From an uncultured Clostridia bacterium (lineage in GTDB: Bacteria > Bacillota > Clostridia > Christensenellales > UBA1242): a stretch of DNA of 64,000 nt. The position numbers and the translations under genes are program-made. The stretch covers positions 30,524-94,523 of the forward strand of contig CALWOU010000001.1 of the NCBI GenBank assembly GCA_944383245.1, given 5' to 3'. The notes beneath the pieces were generated by a model. That model was not told the origin of the DNA. It searched no databases and saw nothing but the letters and a program-made list of their open reading frames with translations. Below, piece by piece: positions 18,831-29,586 of the stretch (positions are counted from its first letter, which is position 1; each line of letters opens with the position of its first letter).

Positions 18831-19220
18831 CTATAACCTTCTTCTCTTAGGTGGTCTGCATCCGTTGTGAGCGATTGGAGATACGTCTTTAATCATTGTA
18901 ACTTGAAGACCAGCGCTACCAACCGCGCGAATTGCAGCTTCCCTTGCGTTGCCCGCACCTTTAACATAAATTGCCACTTTAGTGATACCGAATTGAGCCA
19001 CATCTTTAAGGCATGCCTCAACTGCGCTTTGAGCAGCGAATGGAGTTGTCTTTTTAGCACCGCGGTTACCTAGAGCGCCCGCACTTGATTGTGCTAAAGT
19101 ATTTCCTTGACTATCAGTTAAAGTTACAAGCGTGTTGTTAGAGTTAGCGAAAATATGCACAGCGCCTTCGCCACCACTAACTACTTTTTTCTTCTTTTTA
19201 GTTTCTTTTTTTGTAGCCAT
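18831..19220 (-). CDS. rpsK: 30S ribosomal protein S11
   Basis: IFANSNNTLVTLTD..NGCRPPKRRRL. Confidence 0.97.
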   Translation of the reverse strand: MATKKETKKKKKVVSGGEGAVHIFANSNNTLVTLTDSQGNTLAQSSAGALGNRGAKKTTPFAAQSAVEACLKDVAQFGITKVAIYVKGAGNAREAAIRAVGSAGLQVTMIKDVSPIAHNGCRPPKRRRL

Positions 19221-19234
19221 TTAATTACTCCTTA

Positions 19235-19603
19235 TTATTTTTTCTTATTTGCTATTGTTTTTCTTGGACCTTTGCGTGTGCGAGCATTCTGCTTGCTAGA
19301 TTGACCACGAACCGGTAAATTAGCAATGTGACGAAGCCCACGGTAGCATCTGATCTCTTTTAAACGTTTAATGTCAAGAGCGACGTCTTTTCTCTTTTCT
19401 CCTTCAACCACGAAGTGTGCGTCAATATACTTACGGATTGCAGCAACTTCTTCTTCGGTTAAATCTTTCACTCTTGTGTCTGGATTGATACCTGTTTCTT
19501 TTAAGATTTTGTTTGAACTAACCCTACCGATACCATAGATATAAGTAAGACCAATTTCAACTCTTTTTTCGTTTGGTAAATCCACACCTGCTATACGTGC
19601 CAT
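19235..19603 (-). CDS. rpsM: 30S ribosomal protein S13
   Basis: [18 protein letters not shown]. Confidence 0.97.
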   Translation of the reverse strand: MARIAGVDLPNEKRVEIGLTYIYGIGRVSSNKILKETGINPDTRVKDLTEEEVAAIRKYIDAHFVVEGEKRKDVALDIKRLKEIRCYRGLRHIANLPVRGQSSKQNARTRKGPRKTIANKKK

Positions 19604-19767
19604 TCTTTCCTCCTTGATGAATTAATTTATTTTCCTTTTTGAAGGATAAAATCAATAGATATTTGCGCCAATATAACGCATAAATTATTTTCTCATAACA
19701 CCAAAATGCCGCGAGATGTTATGCTTGTTTTCAAAATTAAACGAAAAATTAATTACAACTAGTGTAA

Positions 19768-19881
19768 TTAACCTTGACGTTGTTTGTGCTTAGGTTTAAC
19801 GCATATAACCATAACTCTTCCGTTACGTTTAATGACTTTACACTTTTCGCACATAGGTTTAACTGATGGGCGTACTTTCAT
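19768..19881 (-). CDS. rpmJ: 50S ribosomal protein L36 (zinc-binding form)
   Basis: Not in the track (37 aa). My translation is [46 protein letters not shown] lies upstream. Confidence 0.93.
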   Translation of the reverse strand: MKVRPSVKPMCEKCKVIKRNGRVMVICVKPKHKQRQG

Positions 19882-20080
19882 TTTGAACTCCTTTTTAGAT
19901 CTTTTTAAGGCAGTTGCCTTATTTTAGGCATTCTGACAAAATGCCGAATTTTATAATTAAATTTATTTAGTTAATTTTAGCAACATTAAAATTTAAACAT
20001 AAATTTTAGTTGCTATATCGTTACGATAAATCGTGAACGTCTATCGACACTTTGGCAAAATGCCTTGTGTTGAACCTAAA

Positions 20081-20302
20081 TTAGTTTTTATTGCGCCAAA
20101 CAATTCTGCCTTTGGTTAGGTCGTATGGGCTCATTTCAACTTTAACTTTATCGCCAATCAAAACACGAATTTTGTTGGCGCGAAGTTTTCCAGAAATGTA
20201 GGCAGTAATGCAATGACCATTCATAATTTCAACTTTGAAATTGCCGTTTGGTAAAACATCAACAACCTCACCTTCAGCATCAATTACATCTTCTTTAGAC
20301 AT
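20081..20302 (-). CDS. infA: Translation initiation factor IF-1
   Basis: [36 protein letters not shown]. Confidence 0.96.
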   Translation of the reverse strand: MSKEDVIDAEGEVVDVLPNGNFKVEIMNGHCITAYISGKLRANKIRVLIGDKVKVEMSPYDLTKGRIVWRNKN

Positions 20303-20310
20303 ATCTCTCC

Positions 20311-20583
20311 TTATTCTAAATTATTTTTATACGCATTGATTAATTTGTATAACTCAGCATTTGTAATCGTTGGCGAATTTAATCGTTTTAGCAAGTTTTC
20401 ATCCTTTGCAACAAACTTGACGTGTTTAGGATTTTTGCGTTTTGGATAGCCAATTTTTCGCGATCTACCATTAATTATAGCAAGAAAACCAAATTTGTCA
20501 ATAGATAGCACTAAAAATAACTTATTTTTGTCGTGCCCAGACAGTGATTGAACTATATCTCCCGCTTGAAATAAATTATCCAT
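20311..20583 (-). CDS. KOW-domain small RNA-binding protein
   Basis: 90 aa with [21 protein letters not shown] (KOW-like). Sits between map and infA, as in Clostridia-type clusters. Confidence 0.6.
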   Translation of the reverse strand: MDNLFQAGDIVQSLSGHDKNKLFLVLSIDKFGFLAIINGRSRKIGYPKRKNPKHVKFVAKDENLLKRLNSPTITNAELYKLINAYKNNLE

Positions 20584-20607
20584 ATTTCTCCTAAAAATTT
20601 CTTTGCA

Positions 20608-21354
20608 CTACAATGTTAAGATTTCCACACCGTCTTTTGTGATTAAAACAGTGTTTTCATAGTGCGCACTAGGTTTGCCGTCTTGTGTTGTGACCGTCCA
20701 ATCATTATCTTCAAGGTATACGTCGCGCTTACCGAGAGTACTCATTGGTTCTATTGCAAGTGTCATACCTTCTTCAAGCACAATGCCTGAATTGTATTTT
20801 CCGTAGTTTGGAACGAGCGGGTCTTCGTGAAGATGAGTGCCAACACCATGACCGCAAAGTTCTCTAACAACTCCATAACCACGACTTTCCAAGTAAACTT
20901 GAATTTTGTGACTTATGTGACCTAATCTTGAACCTGCTTTTATATCTTTAATACCTTCAAAGAATGATTGTTTGGTTGCTTCAATTAAATTTGAATTTTC
21001 GATTGAGATGTTACCAACCGGAAATGTTCTAGCAGCATCGCTATGATACCCTTCATAAATAACACCGCAATCGATACTAATTATATCTCCCTCTTTTAGA
21101 GGAATATCTGAGCAAAATCCGTGCACAACTTGTGCATTTAGGCTAGCACAAATTGTGTAAGGAAATCCCTCATAGTTTAAAAAGGAAGGTGTTGCGCCTT
21201 GTGATATAATGTAGTTATAGGCCAAATCATTAAGGCGCTGAGTGGTTTGGCCAGGATAGATTGATTTCTCCAATAAATCGAGTGTTTGTTTTAAAATTTT
21301 ACCCGACTTACGCATTTTTTCAATCTGTTCAGAATTTTTAATTGTTATGCTCAT
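20608..21354 (-). CDS. map: Type I methionine aminopeptidase
   Basis: VVHGF..DCG..YHSDAARTF..GHGVG..EPM motifs. Confidence 0.95.
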   Translation of the reverse strand: MSITIKNSEQIEKMRKSGKILKQTLDLLEKSIYPGQTTQRLNDLAYNYIISQGATPSFLNYEGFPYTICASLNAQVVHGFCSDIPLKEGDIISIDCGVIYEGYHSDAARTFPVGNISIENSNLIEATKQSFFEGIKDIKAGSRLGHISHKIQVYLESRGYGVVRELCGHGVGTHLHEDPLVPNYGKYNSGIVLEEGMTLAIEPMSTLGKRDVYLEDNDWTVTTQDGKPSAHYENTVLITKDGVEILTL

Positions 21355-21964
21355 TTATAATCCTTAAGCAAGTTTCGGCAACCTGGTCTGGTGTGCCACT
21401 TGCGTCAACTTCAAATAAAACATTATCTTTTTTATACTTTTCAATTAATGGATAAGTATTTTTATAGAATCCTTCAAAACGTTTGTTAATGCTATCTATT
21501 GTATCATCGAATCTTTGCTCTAGTTTTCCACCACAATTCGGGCAAATCGTTGTCTTTATTCGCTTTGAATTGCAAACTTGACCACATTTTGAGCAAGTTA
21601 GACGCGATAAAATTCTATCAACTGCAACTTCTTTTGTTAGATTGAGATAAATCACAATGTCTGGCTTAGATAATTTATCTAGTGCAATTGCTTGCTCCAT
21701 ATCGCGAGGGAACCCGTCAAACACGGTTATCTTTTTATTGTTGGATTTCATTTTTTTCTTTAAAATGTCCATAACAATATCGAGTTCAACCAAGCCACCA
21801 CTCATTTGAATTTCTTTAATATGTTTGCCAAGAGATGAACCCGTTGCAACCTCATCGCGAAGAAGTTGACCAGTTGAAATAACATTTAAATCTAAATGTT
21901 TTTCTAAACTTGTAACTAACGTGCCCTTACCAGAGCCTTGAATTCCAATTAATACAATATTCAT
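21338..21964 (-). CDS. adk: Adenylate kinase (zinc-lid form)
   Basis: GIQGSGKGT P-loop. The lid is CSKCGQVCN..CPNCGG. Confidence 0.93.
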   Translation of the reverse strand: MNIVLIGIQGSGKGTLVTSLEKHLDLNVISTGQLLRDEVATGSSLGKHIKEIQMSGGLVELDIVMDILKKKMKSNNKKITVFDGFPRDMEQAIALDKLSKPDIVIYLNLTKEVAVDRILSRLTCSKCGQVCNSKRIKTTICPNCGGKLEQRFDDTIDSINKRFEGFYKNTYPLIEKYKKDNVLFEVDASGTPDQVAETCLRIINEHNN

Positions 21965-21972
21965 TTTAACCC

Positions 21973-23280
21973 CTATTTTAAAAATCCTCTATAATTTTTC
22001 ATAAGCATTTGCGCTTCTAGCTGTTTATCAAATTCGAGAGCCACTGAAACTACGATTAACATACCTGTTGCACTGAATGCGCTATTTAATCCACCTGTTC
22101 CAATTGCTGTGAATAAAAGTGTTGGAATAAGTGCCATAAACGCAAGGAATATTGCGCCAAATAGTGTGATTTTCTTATTTATCCCTTTCAAGTATTGTGC
22201 AGTAGGTTTACCTGGGCGAATACCCGTTATAAATCCGCCATTTTGTTGAATTTGACGAGCAATTTCATCTGGGTCGAAGTTGAGCATTGTGTAAAAGTAA
22301 GCAAATGCCAAAATTAAAAGTGACAATACAATTGAATAAATCCACGTGCCCGTTCCAAGCCAATTGTTCCACCAAGTGATGAACGCATTGGTTGAATTAG
22401 GCGCGAATATACTCATTAACATTTGAGGGAATGCTAGAATTGATGTTGCGAAAATGATAGGCATAACACCGTTTGCATTAACTCTTATTGGAATGTAGGT
22501 TGATTGACCGCCATACATTTTTCTACCTTTAACTTGTTTTGCATATTGAACAGGGACTTTTCTCTCGCCTCCGTCCACAAAAACAACCAAAGCAAATATA
22601 GCAATCAAAGCCACCACGAATAACACCAATTGCCAGATAGCGGTTTGAGTTGTTTCTCCGCCTACTGCAAGGTTTCTGAATGTTCCCATAATAGCAGTTG
22701 CTGCGCTTGACAAGATACCCACAAAGATTAGAAGTGACATACCATTGCCAATTCCAATTTCAGTGATTTTTTCGCCAAGCCAAACTGTGAACATTGCACC
22801 AGCAACAAGCATCAACACAACGAATGTGTAGAACACCCAAGCCTGACCACCAAACATGGTTAAATCAGCATATTCTGCTTGACCAAAACCAACAGCGATT
22901 GCAATTGCTTGCGCGGTTGCAATAATTAATGCTGCAACTTTAGTGTACAAACTAAGTTTCTTCCTTCCGTCCGCACCCTCTTTAGCATATCTTTGCCAAC
23001 TAGGAATAACGGCTGCTAGAAGTTGAATAATAATTGATGCTGTGATATATGGCGAAACACCGAGTGCCAAGAATGAACCTTGTGATAATGCGCCACCGCT
23101 CACTGCACTAAGCAAACTTAAAAATGTGTTATTTTCAACATTCAAACCAAGTGCTTCGCTATCAATTCCCGGAATTGGAATCCAACAACCAACGCGGTAG
23201 ATAAAAAGTAATAATAAGGTTAGTAAAATCTTATTTCTTACTTCTTTAATTTTGAATGCGTCAGCTAATGTTTTAAACAT
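21973..23280 (-). CDS. secY: Preprotein translocase subunit SecY
   Basis: 435 aa, 10-TM pattern, positioned between rplO and adk. Confidence 0.96.
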   Translation of the reverse strand: MFKTLADAFKIKEVRNKILLTLLLLFIYRVGCWIPIPGIDSEALGLNVENNTFLSLLSAVSGGALSQGSFLALGVSPYITASIIIQLLAAVIPSWQRYAKEGADGRKKLSLYTKVAALIIATAQAIAIAVGFGQAEYADLTMFGGQAWVFYTFVVLMLVAGAMFTVWLGEKITEIGIGNGMSLLIFVGILSSAATAIMGTFRNLAVGGETTQTAIWQLVLFVVALIAIFALVVFVDGGERKVPVQYAKQVKGRKMYGGQSTYIPIRVNANGVMPIIFATSILAFPQMLMSIFAPNSTNAFITWWNNWLGTGTWIYSIVLSLLILAFAYFYTMLNFDPDEIARQIQQNGGFITGIRPGKPTAQYLKGINKKITLFGAIFLAFMALIPTLLFTAIGTGGLNSAFSATGMLIVVSVALEFDKQLEAQMLMKNYRGFLK

Positions 23281-23726
23281 TATACCTCCTCTACGTTGCC
23301 ACCTTGTGCTAAAATTTTCTCTTTTGCTGATGAAGTGAACTTATTTGCCTTAACTTTTAATGCAACAGTAAGTTCGCCATTGCCTAAAATTTTAACTCCG
23401 TCTTTTTCTATTTTAGACAAAATGCCTGCGTCTAATAATTTAAGTGCGTCAACCTCAGTATCTTTTTCAAACACATTCAATGCGCTAACATTAACAGTTG
23501 AATACACTTTTTTAAATTTAGCATTAGTAAATCCCTTGATAGGAATTCTTCTATATAATGGGTTTTGACCACCTTCAAAACCAGGGCGAACGCCACCGCC
23601 TGAACGTGCGTTTTGACCCTTGTGACCTTTACCAGAGGTTTTTCCAACACCTGAACCGATACCGCGACCTAATCTTTTTTTAGATTGTTTCTCGCCTTGT
23701 GCGTTTTTTAAATCGTGTATATACAT
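23280..23726 (-). CDS. rplO: 50S ribosomal protein L15
   Basis: [26 protein letters not shown]. Its TAA stop overlaps the secY ATG (TAATG). Confidence 0.96.
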   Translation of the reverse strand: MYIHDLKNAQGEKQSKKRLGRGIGSGVGKTSGKGHKGQNARSGGGVRPGFEGGQNPLYRRIPIKGFTNAKFKKVYSTVNVSALNVFEKDTEVDALKLLDAGILSKIEKDGVKILGNGELTVALKVKANKFTSSAKEKILAQGGNVEEV

Positions 23727-23736
23727 AATCTCTCCT

Positions 23737-23934
23737 TTACGCCTCTTCTTCCACTTTCAATAAGTGATTAACTTTGAAGATGCTACCTCTTATGCAATCG
23801 TTATCTGGAAGGACCCTCGTTTGACCAAGTTTTTTAAATCCTAGTGCCTCAACGATTTTGGCTTGACGTTTGTCGTAACCTGTAGGGCTTTTAACTAGAG
23901 TAACTTTAATTGTTTTAACTTGTTTCTTTGCCAT
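23737..23934 (-). CDS. rpmD: 50S ribosomal protein L30
   Basis: [20 protein letters not shown]. Confidence 0.93.
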   Translation of the reverse strand: MAKKQVKTIKVTLVKSPTGYDKRQAKIVEALGFKKLGQTRVLPDNDCIRGSIFKVNHLLKVEEEA

Positions 23935-23942
23935 AAGTCCTC

Positions 23943-24461
23943 CTAAATTTCTTCAACTGACTTTCCGCGAAGAAGAGCCACTTGTTCTTTTGTTCTTAAA
24001 CCTTTAAGACCATTTAATGTTGCCCTAACAACGTTGATTTTATCAGTTGAACCATAAATTTTTGCTGTGATATCAGTGTAACCAGCCATTTCGAACACAA
24101 TACGAGCAGCACCACCAGCAATTAATCCTCTACCTTTTTTACTTGGTAGCATTTTAACGCTAGTCTTTGCAAACTTACCGATAGTTTCGTGTGGTATAGT
24201 GCCTTCAATAATTGGAACGTTAATCAATGCTTTTTTAGCAGCTTTTGTTGCCTTGTCGATAGCCTGAGGAACTTCACGTGCTTTGCCGATTCCCATTCCG
24301 ACTCTGCCTTTTTTATCTCCAACCACCACAAGAGCAGACATACGCATAGTGCGTCCGCCTTTAACGACTTTAGCAACACGTCTAACACCGATTAATCTTT
24401 TATCAAACTCGTCTTTAACTTCTTCTCTTGGCTTTCTAAATTCACGTTTTTGTTGTGCCAT
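23943..24461 (-). CDS. rpsE: 30S ribosomal protein S5
   Basis: [23 protein letters not shown]. Confidence 0.97.
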   Translation of the reverse strand: MAQQKREFRKPREEVKDEFDKRLIGVRRVAKVVKGGRTMRMSALVVVGDKKGRVGMGIGKAREVPQAIDKATKAAKKALINVPIIEGTIPHETIGKFAKTSVKMLPSKKGRGLIAGGAARIVFEMAGYTDITAKIYGSTDKINVVRATLNGLKGLRTKEQVALLRGKSVEEI

Positions 24462-24470
24462 AATCTCTCC

Positions 24471-24839
24471 TTAAAATTTCAAGCCACCGGCTCTTGCGCC
24501 GTCTGCTAATTCTTTAACTCTTCCGGTGTAAAGATATCCACCTCTATCGAACACGACTTCAGTGATTTTCTTTTTCAAAGCAAGTTTAGCGATTTGTTCG
24601 CCAACATATTTTGCTTGCTCTAAATTTGTCATATTTTTGATTTTTTCTGCAACATCTTTTTGAGTTGTGTTGCAAGCAACTAATGTTACGCCTTTAGTGT
24701 CATCGATGATTTGTGCATAGATGTGATTTAAACTTCTATATACGCATAATCTTGGGCAAGCGGTAGTTCCAGCCAAGTTATGACGGATTTTTACGTGACG
24801 TTTAACGCGTTTACTATTTTTATTAATCTTGTTAATCAT
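24471..24839 (-). CDS. rplR: 50S ribosomal protein L18
   Basis: [30 protein letters not shown]. Confidence 0.96.
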   Translation of the reverse strand: MINKINKNSKRVKRHVKIRHNLAGTTACPRLCVYRSLNHIYAQIIDDTKGVTLVACNTTQKDVAEKIKNMTNLEQAKYVGEQIAKLALKKKITEVVFDRGGYLYTGRVKELADGARAGGLKF

Positions 24840-24850
24840 AACCTAACCTC

Positions 24851-25396
24851 CTACTTTTTCTTACCAGCGGCCTTACCAGGTTTTAAGATTACAGGCTCAC
24901 TAGTGTAGTGAATGCCATAACCGTGATAAGGTTCGATTGGACGTAAATCTTTAATTTTTGCAGCAACTGCGCCAACAAGTTGTTTATCAGCACCGCAAAC
25001 AAGAATTGTGTTGTTATCTGGAACTTCAAGTTTAATACCTTCCTCTTCAACCACTTCAACAGGATGGCTAAGTCCAAGGTTCATAACTAGTTTGTTGCCT
25101 TGTTTTGTTAGTTTGTAACCAACACCTTGAACGGTTAAAGATTTTTTAAATCCCTCATTAACACCTATAACCATATTGTGGATAAGTTGACGATAAAGAC
25201 CTTGCTTCATATTAGAATCTTTAGTTTCGTCGTTTCTAGTGACAAACACTTCGTTATTTTCAACTTTAACAGTTACATTTTTTGAAACTTCTTGAGTTAA
25301 AGTGCCTAATTTTCCTTTAACTGTTACAACTGAGCCGTTAACTTCGACAGTTACGCCGTTAGGTATAGCGATAGGTAATTTTCCAATTCTAGACAT
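24851..25396 (-). CDS. rplF: 50S ribosomal protein L6
   Basis: MSRIGKLPI. Start trimmed to the ATG behind the SD GGAGG. Confidence 0.96.
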   Translation of the reverse strand: MSRIGKLPIAIPNGVTVEVNGSVVTVKGKLGTLTQEVSKNVTVKVENNEVFVTRNDETKDSNMKQGLYRQLIHNMVIGVNEGFKKSLTVQGVGYKLTKQGNKLVMNLGLSHPVEVVEEEGIKLEVPDNNTILVCGADKQLVGAVAAKIKDLRPIEPYHGYGIHYTSEPVILKPGKAAGKKK

Positions 25397-25405
25397 ATCC
25401 ACCTC

Positions 25406-25804
25406 CTACCATACATAGGCGATAACTTCGCCACCGACATTTAGTTTTCTTGCGTTTTTATCTGTGATAATTCCCTTGCTTGTTGAAATTATAGCAATTC
25501 CAAGGCCGTTAAGAACTTTTGGCAATTCTTCAGAGTTAGCATAAATTCTAAGACCTGGTTTGCTTATTCTTTTAAGCCCTTGAATAACTTTTTCGCCATT
25601 AGGACCATATTTAAGAGTAATTTCAATCATATTAACTTTGTTTTCAACCACTGACTTATAATCGGTTATAAAACCTTCATTTTTCAAAATTTCAGCGATT
25701 GCAAGTTTTGTTTTTGATTGAGGAACTAACACGCTATCTTGCTTATTTGCGTTCGCATTACGAATACGAGTAAGCATATCTGCGATTGGGTCTATAGTGT
25801 ACAT
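25406..25804 (-). CDS. rpsH: 30S ribosomal protein S8
   Basis: [13 protein letters not shown]. Confidence 0.97.
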   Translation of the reverse strand: MYTIDPIADMLTRIRNANANKQDSVLVPQSKTKLAIAEILKNEGFITDYKSVVENKVNMIEITLKYGPNGEKVIQGLKRISKPGLRIYANSEELPKVLNGLGIAIISTSKGIITDKNARKLNVGGEVIAYVW

Positions 25805-25816
25805 ATTTCTCTCCTT

Positions 25817-26002
25817 TTACCAACTAGCCTTTTTAACGCCAGGGATTTCTCCTTTACTTGCCAAATTTCTAAAACAAATTCTGCAAATACCATATTTTTT
25901 AAGCACGGCATGAGGACGTCCGCAAATAGAACATCTCGTGTATTCGCGAGATTTGAATTTTTGAGGTCTTTGTTGTTTATTTATCATTGCTTTTCTTGCC
26001 AT
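25817..26002 (-). CDS. rpsN: 30S ribosomal protein S14 type Z (zinc-binding)
   Basis: 61 aa with [22 protein letters not shown]. Confidence 0.96.
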   Translation of the reverse strand: MARKAMINKQQRPQKFKSREYTRCSICGRPHAVLKKYGICRICFRNLASKGEIPGVKKASW

Positions 26003-26011
26003 AATTCACTC

Positions 26012-26569
26012 CTACTTTGCCTTCTTGAATGGCACGCCCATTAAGCGCAACAATTCAAGTGCTTCATTATCAGTCTTCGCTGTTGTGACAATCATAATAT
26101 CGAAACCGCGAACTGCATCGATTTTATCATACACAATTTCAGGGAAGATAATTTGTTCTTTCACACCGAAAGAATAGTTTCCGCGTCCGTCAAACGAAGT
26201 TGTGCTAAGTCCTTGGAAGTCTCTCACACGTGGAAGTGCAACTGAGATAAGTCTATCAAAGAATTCGTACATCTTCTCGCCACGAAGAGTTACTTTCGCA
26301 CCGATTTTTTGACCTTCACGAAGTTTGAAGTTTGCCACTGATTTTTTAGCAACAGTAACAACTGCTTTTTGACCTGCAATTAAACTTAATTCGTCAACTG
26401 CAGTGTTGAAAGTTTTTGCATTGTCTTTTTCTTTACCAAGACGAAGGCTTAAAACGATTTTGTCGATTTTTGGGATTTCCATAACATTTTTATAACCAAA
26501 TTTATCGACTAATTCCTTTTTAACCACTTCGTTATAGTATGCATGACGTCTATTAATCTCTTTATTCAT
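26012..26569 (-). CDS. rplE: 50S ribosomal protein L5
   Basis: Positioned between L24 and S14. Contains [11 protein letters not shown] and [10 protein letters not shown]. Confidence 0.96.
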   Translation of the reverse strand: MNKEINRRHAYYNEVVKKELVDKFGYKNVMEIPKIDKIVLSLRLGKEKDNAKTFNTAVDELSLIAGQKAVVTVAKKSVANFKLREGQKIGAKVTLRGEKMYEFFDRLISVALPRVRDFQGLSTTSFDGRGNYSFGVKEQIIFPEIVYDKIDAVRGFDIMIVTTAKTDNEALELLRLMGVPFKKAK

Positions 26570-26583
26570 TAGTCATACTCCTT

Positions 26584-26955
26584 TTAAGCCTTCTTACTGC
26601 TTTTAGCAGTTTTCTTTGCTGTAGTTTTTGTGCTTGCTTTAGCATCTAATTTAGCACCGCATTTTTTGCAAACGCGCACTGATTTTTCATTTTCAATCAC
26701 GTGAGAAACGCGAGTAGCTTTTTTGCAAACAGGGCATACTACTTGAACGTTTGAAACGTCGATAGCACCCTCTGTTTTTAAAATTCCGCCCTTGTCGTCT
26801 TTACTGCGAGGTTTACGATGATGAGATTGAATGTTTACATTTGCAACAACCACTCTACCGTCTTGCCTATTAACCTCTAAAACTTCGCCTGTTTTTCCAG
26901 CATCTTTTCCAGCAAGAACAAGAACATTGTCGCCTTTTTTAACGCTTAATTTCAT
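26584..26955 (-). CDS. rplX: 50S ribosomal protein L24 with Cys4 ribbon and K/A-rich tail
   Basis: KOW motif KKGDNVLVLAGKDAGKTG, then CPVC-x18-CKKC, then the tail AKASTKTTAKKTAKSSKKA. Confidence 0.95.
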   Translation of the reverse strand: MKLSVKKGDNVLVLAGKDAGKTGEVLEVNRQDGRVVVANVNIQSHHRKPRSKDDKGGILKTEGAIDVSNVQVVCPVCKKATRVSHVIENEKSVRVCKKCGAKLDAKASTKTTAKKTAKSSKKA

Positions 26956-26964
26956 CTTTTCCTC

Positions 26965-27333
26965 CTATATAACCTCTGGTGCAAGTGAAATTATTTGCAT
27001 AAATCCCTTTGCACGAAGTTCTCTTGCTATTGGTCCAAACACACGAGTGCCACGTGGTGCTTTTTGCTTGTCGATTAAAACTGCCGCGTTTTCATCAAAT
27101 TTGATTGAACTACCGTCAGCACGTTCAATTCCTTTTTTAGAACGAACGATAACTGCCATAACAACATCACCTTTTTTCACTTTTCCGTCTGGATCTGCTT
27201 TTTTAACAGAGGCAACAATGACATCGCCAATGTTAGCATATTTTCTAACTGAACCGCCTAAGCAACGGATGCACATAATTTTCTTTGCGCCACTGTTGTC
27301 AGCCACGTTCAAAGTTGATAATGGTTGAATCAT
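26965..27333 (-). CDS. rplN: 50S ribosomal protein L14
   Basis: [18 protein letters not shown]. Start trimmed to the ATG behind the SD TAGGAGG. Confidence 0.97.
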   Translation of the reverse strand: MIQPLSTLNVADNSGAKKIMCIRCLGGSVRKYANIGDVIVASVKKADPDGKVKKGDVVMAVIVRSKKGIERADGSSIKFDENAAVLIDKQKAPRGTRVFGPIARELRAKGFMQIISLAPEVI

Positions 27334-27343
27334 AATCTGCCTC

Positions 27344-27598
27344 CTATTTAGCCCTTTCAACGATAGATAGAAGCCTGAAGTATTTATCCTTGCTTAGTGG
27401 ACGGCATTCTACAATTGTTACAGTGTCGCCAACGCGTGCTTCATTCTTTTCGTCGTGTGCTTTATATTTTTTAGTGTAAGTTGTGTATTTCTTATAAATT
27501 GGGTGTTTTTTCTTGCTGGTTACCAAAACAGTAATAGTCTTGTCCATCTTGTCAGAAACAACAACACCTTGAATTGTCTTGTGGTTTACTTTTTCCAT
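27344..27598 (-). CDS. rpsQ: 30S ribosomal protein S17
   Basis: [25 protein letters not shown]. Confidence 0.96.
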   Translation of the reverse strand: MEKVNHKTIQGVVVSDKMDKTITVLVTSKKKHPIYKKYTTYTKKYKAHDEKNEARVGDTVTIVECRPLSKDKYFRLLSIVERAK

Positions 27599-27601
27599 AT
27601 A

Positions 27602-27799
27602 CTACTCCTTTGCCCCAGCTGTTTTTTGTTTAAGAGCGGTTTTCACTCTCGCAATGTTTTTCTTAACAATTCTAATTCTAGAAGTGTCTTGCAATTGACC
27701 AACTTTATTTTGGAAAGTGAGGTTGAAAAGTTCACTTCTAAGTTTGCTTTCTTCGTCGGTCAACTCTTTTACTGATAAGTTTTGATAATTATTCTTCAT
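27602..27799 (-). CDS. rpmC: 50S ribosomal protein L29
   Basis: [20 protein letters not shown]. The ATG at 27799 is preferred over the upstream GTG at 27808. Confidence 0.93.
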   Translation of the reverse strand: MKNNYQNLSVKELTDEESKLRSELFNLTFQNKVGQLQDTSRIRIVKKNIARVKTALKQKTAGAKE

Positions 27800-28226
27800 T
27801 GTTTTCACCGCCTTTTTCCTTACGCACTACGCGTGTTTTACAAGGAAGTTTGTGTGAAGCAAGCCTTAAAGCCTCTAAGCAAATTTCTTCGCTTGGACCA
27901 CTCACTTCTAATATTACTCTATCACGTTTAACAACTGCAACGTGACCAACTTGCGCACCTTTACCACTACCCATACGAGTGTCGGCAGGTTTTTTAGTGA
28001 TAGGTTTGTCTGGGAAAACTTTTATCCAAACTTTACCACCACGTTTCATATATCTATTGATAGCAACACGTGCTGCTTCTAATTGATTAGGAGTCATCCA
28101 GCATGGTTCGGTTGCTTGAAGGCCATAATCGCCATAAACAACTTTACTACCACGGATTGCACGTCCCGTCATTCTTCCACGATGTTGCTTTCTTCTTTTT
28201 TCTCTTTTTGGAATTAGCATACCCAT
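27789..28226 (-). CDS. rplP: 50S ribosomal protein L16
   Basis: [15 protein letters not shown]. The start may be M1 (28226) or the canonical M3 (28220). Confidence 0.96.
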   Translation of the reverse strand: MGMLIPKREKRRKQHRGRMTGRAIRGSKVVYGDYGLQATEPCWMTPNQLEAARVAINRYMKRGGKVWIKVFPDKPITKKPADTRMGSGKGAQVGHVAVVKRDRVILEVSGPSEEICLEALRLASHKLPCKTRVVRKEKGGENNEE

Positions 28227-28227
28227 A

Positions 28228-28902
28228 CTAGTTTTCTCCTTTCTTATGATTTACTGAACTTTGAGAAACTTTACCTAAAATTTCGCCTTTATTGATCCAA
28301 ACTTTAACGCCAAGTACACCGAAAGTTGTGTGTGCTTCAACACAAGCATAGTCAATATTTGCTCTGATTGTGTGAAGAGGAAGGCTACCATCACTAAAAT
28401 GTTCACTTCTAGCGATTTCAGCGCCGTCAAGTCTGCCAGACACCATAGTTTTAACACCTTCAGCCCCAGCACGCATAACTCTTTGCATAGCAGACTTCAT
28501 AACGCGCCTAAATTGAGCACGTTTTTCAAGTTGAGAAGCGATTGACTCTGCAACTAGTTTTGCATCTAAATCTGGATTTTTAAGTTCAACGATATTAACG
28601 TTCACTTTTTTAGCATTAGATAATTTCTCAATATTTTTCTTTAATTGTTCAACACCTGCGCCCTTTTGACCAATTAAAACACCAGGTTTAGCAGTTGAAA
28701 TTGTAACTGTTACTGAATCTGCTGTTCTTTCAATCAAAACGTTAGATATTGCGCAATTTTTATATTCTTTAAGGATGTACTTACGGATGACATTGTCTTC
28801 CTTAATGTTTTTTGCTATATCTTTCTTGTCTGCGTACCAAAACGAATTCCACGTTTTATTGATACCAACTCTTAGTCCATTTGGATTAACTTTTTGTCCC
28901 AT
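28228..28902 (-). CDS. rpsC: 30S ribosomal protein S3
   Basis: [15 protein letters not shown] domain. Confidence 0.97.
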   Translation of the reverse strand: MGQKVNPNGLRVGINKTWNSFWYADKKDIAKNIKEDNVIRKYILKEYKNCAISNVLIERTADSVTVTISTAKPGVLIGQKGAGVEQLKKNIEKLSNAKKVNVNIVELKNPDLDAKLVAESIASQLEKRAQFRRVMKSAMQRVMRAGAEGVKTMVSGRLDGAEIARSEHFSDGSLPLHTIRANIDYACVEAHTTFGVLGVKVWINKGEILGKVSQSSVNHKKGEN

Positions 28903-28906
28903 ACTC

Positions 28907-29296
28907 TTACTCCTTACTATCTAGCACAACTTTAATGTGGCTAGTTCTTGTTGCAATTCTATTCATTCCGCCTTTACCACGCGCATAGATTTTATAAACG
29001 TTAACAGGGCCTGAACCAAGAATTACTTCTGCAAGATACAAATCGTGAACATTCATTCCTTTGTTGTGTTCTGCGTTTGCTCCAGCGGATTTAACAACCT
29101 TTAATAGGATTGCTGCTGCATCGTGTGGCATATTGGATAAAATTGCCACAGCATCGTCATAACTCTTGCCTTTAACTTGGTCGATAACGATTTTGGCTTT
29201 TGTAGGAGAAAGCCTAACGAAACGAACACTAGCATAAGGGCGAGTTTCTTTGTTTGCTTTAATTAATTCTGCTTTTTCTCTAATTCTTTTTGCCAT
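28907..29296 (-). CDS. rplV: 50S ribosomal protein L22
   Basis: Position, and RLSPTKAKIVIDQVKGK. Confidence 0.95.
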   Translation of the reverse strand: MAKRIREKAELIKANKETRPYASVRFVRLSPTKAKIVIDQVKGKSYDDAVAILSNMPHDAAAILLKVVKSAGANAEHNKGMNVHDLYLAEVILGSGPVNVYKIYARGKGGMNRIATRTSHIKVVLDSKE

Positions 29297-29305
29297 AATT
29301 CACTC

Positions 29306-29578
29306 CTACTTCTTAGCCTCTTTTTGCTTGTGACCTTTAAAGGTTCTTGTTGGAGCAAATTCGCCCAACTTGTGACCAACCATATCGACAGTGCAATATA
29401 CAGGTATATGTTTTCTTCCATTGTGAACAGCGATTGTGTGGCCTACGAATTCAGGATAGATAGTGCTAGATCTAGACCAAGTTTTAACGGCCTTTTTCTC
29501 GCCTTTACTATTCATCTCCTCAATACGAGCCATAAGCTTTGCTTCCACATATGGTTTTTTCTTTAAACTTCTACTCAT
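29306..29578 (-). CDS. rpsS: 30S ribosomal protein S19
   Basis: [20 protein letters not shown]. Confidence 0.97.
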   Translation of the reverse strand: MSRSLKKKPYVEAKLMARIEEMNSKGEKKAVKTWSRSSTIYPEFVGHTIAVHNGRKHIPVYCTVDMVGHKLGEFAPTRTFKGHKQKEAKK

Positions 29579-29586
29579 AATCTCTC

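Noticed and set aside
26831-27328. 165-aa plus-strand ORF. Many similar plus-strand ORFs sit inside r-protein, EF-G, pgk, recD2 and giant-gene regions (e.g. 17892..18248, 14155..14930, 40344..41512, 54137..54442).
   Set aside because: All are antisense to strongly conserved or clearly coding minus-strand genes. They have S/T/L/F-rich shadow-frame composition and lack SD sequences.
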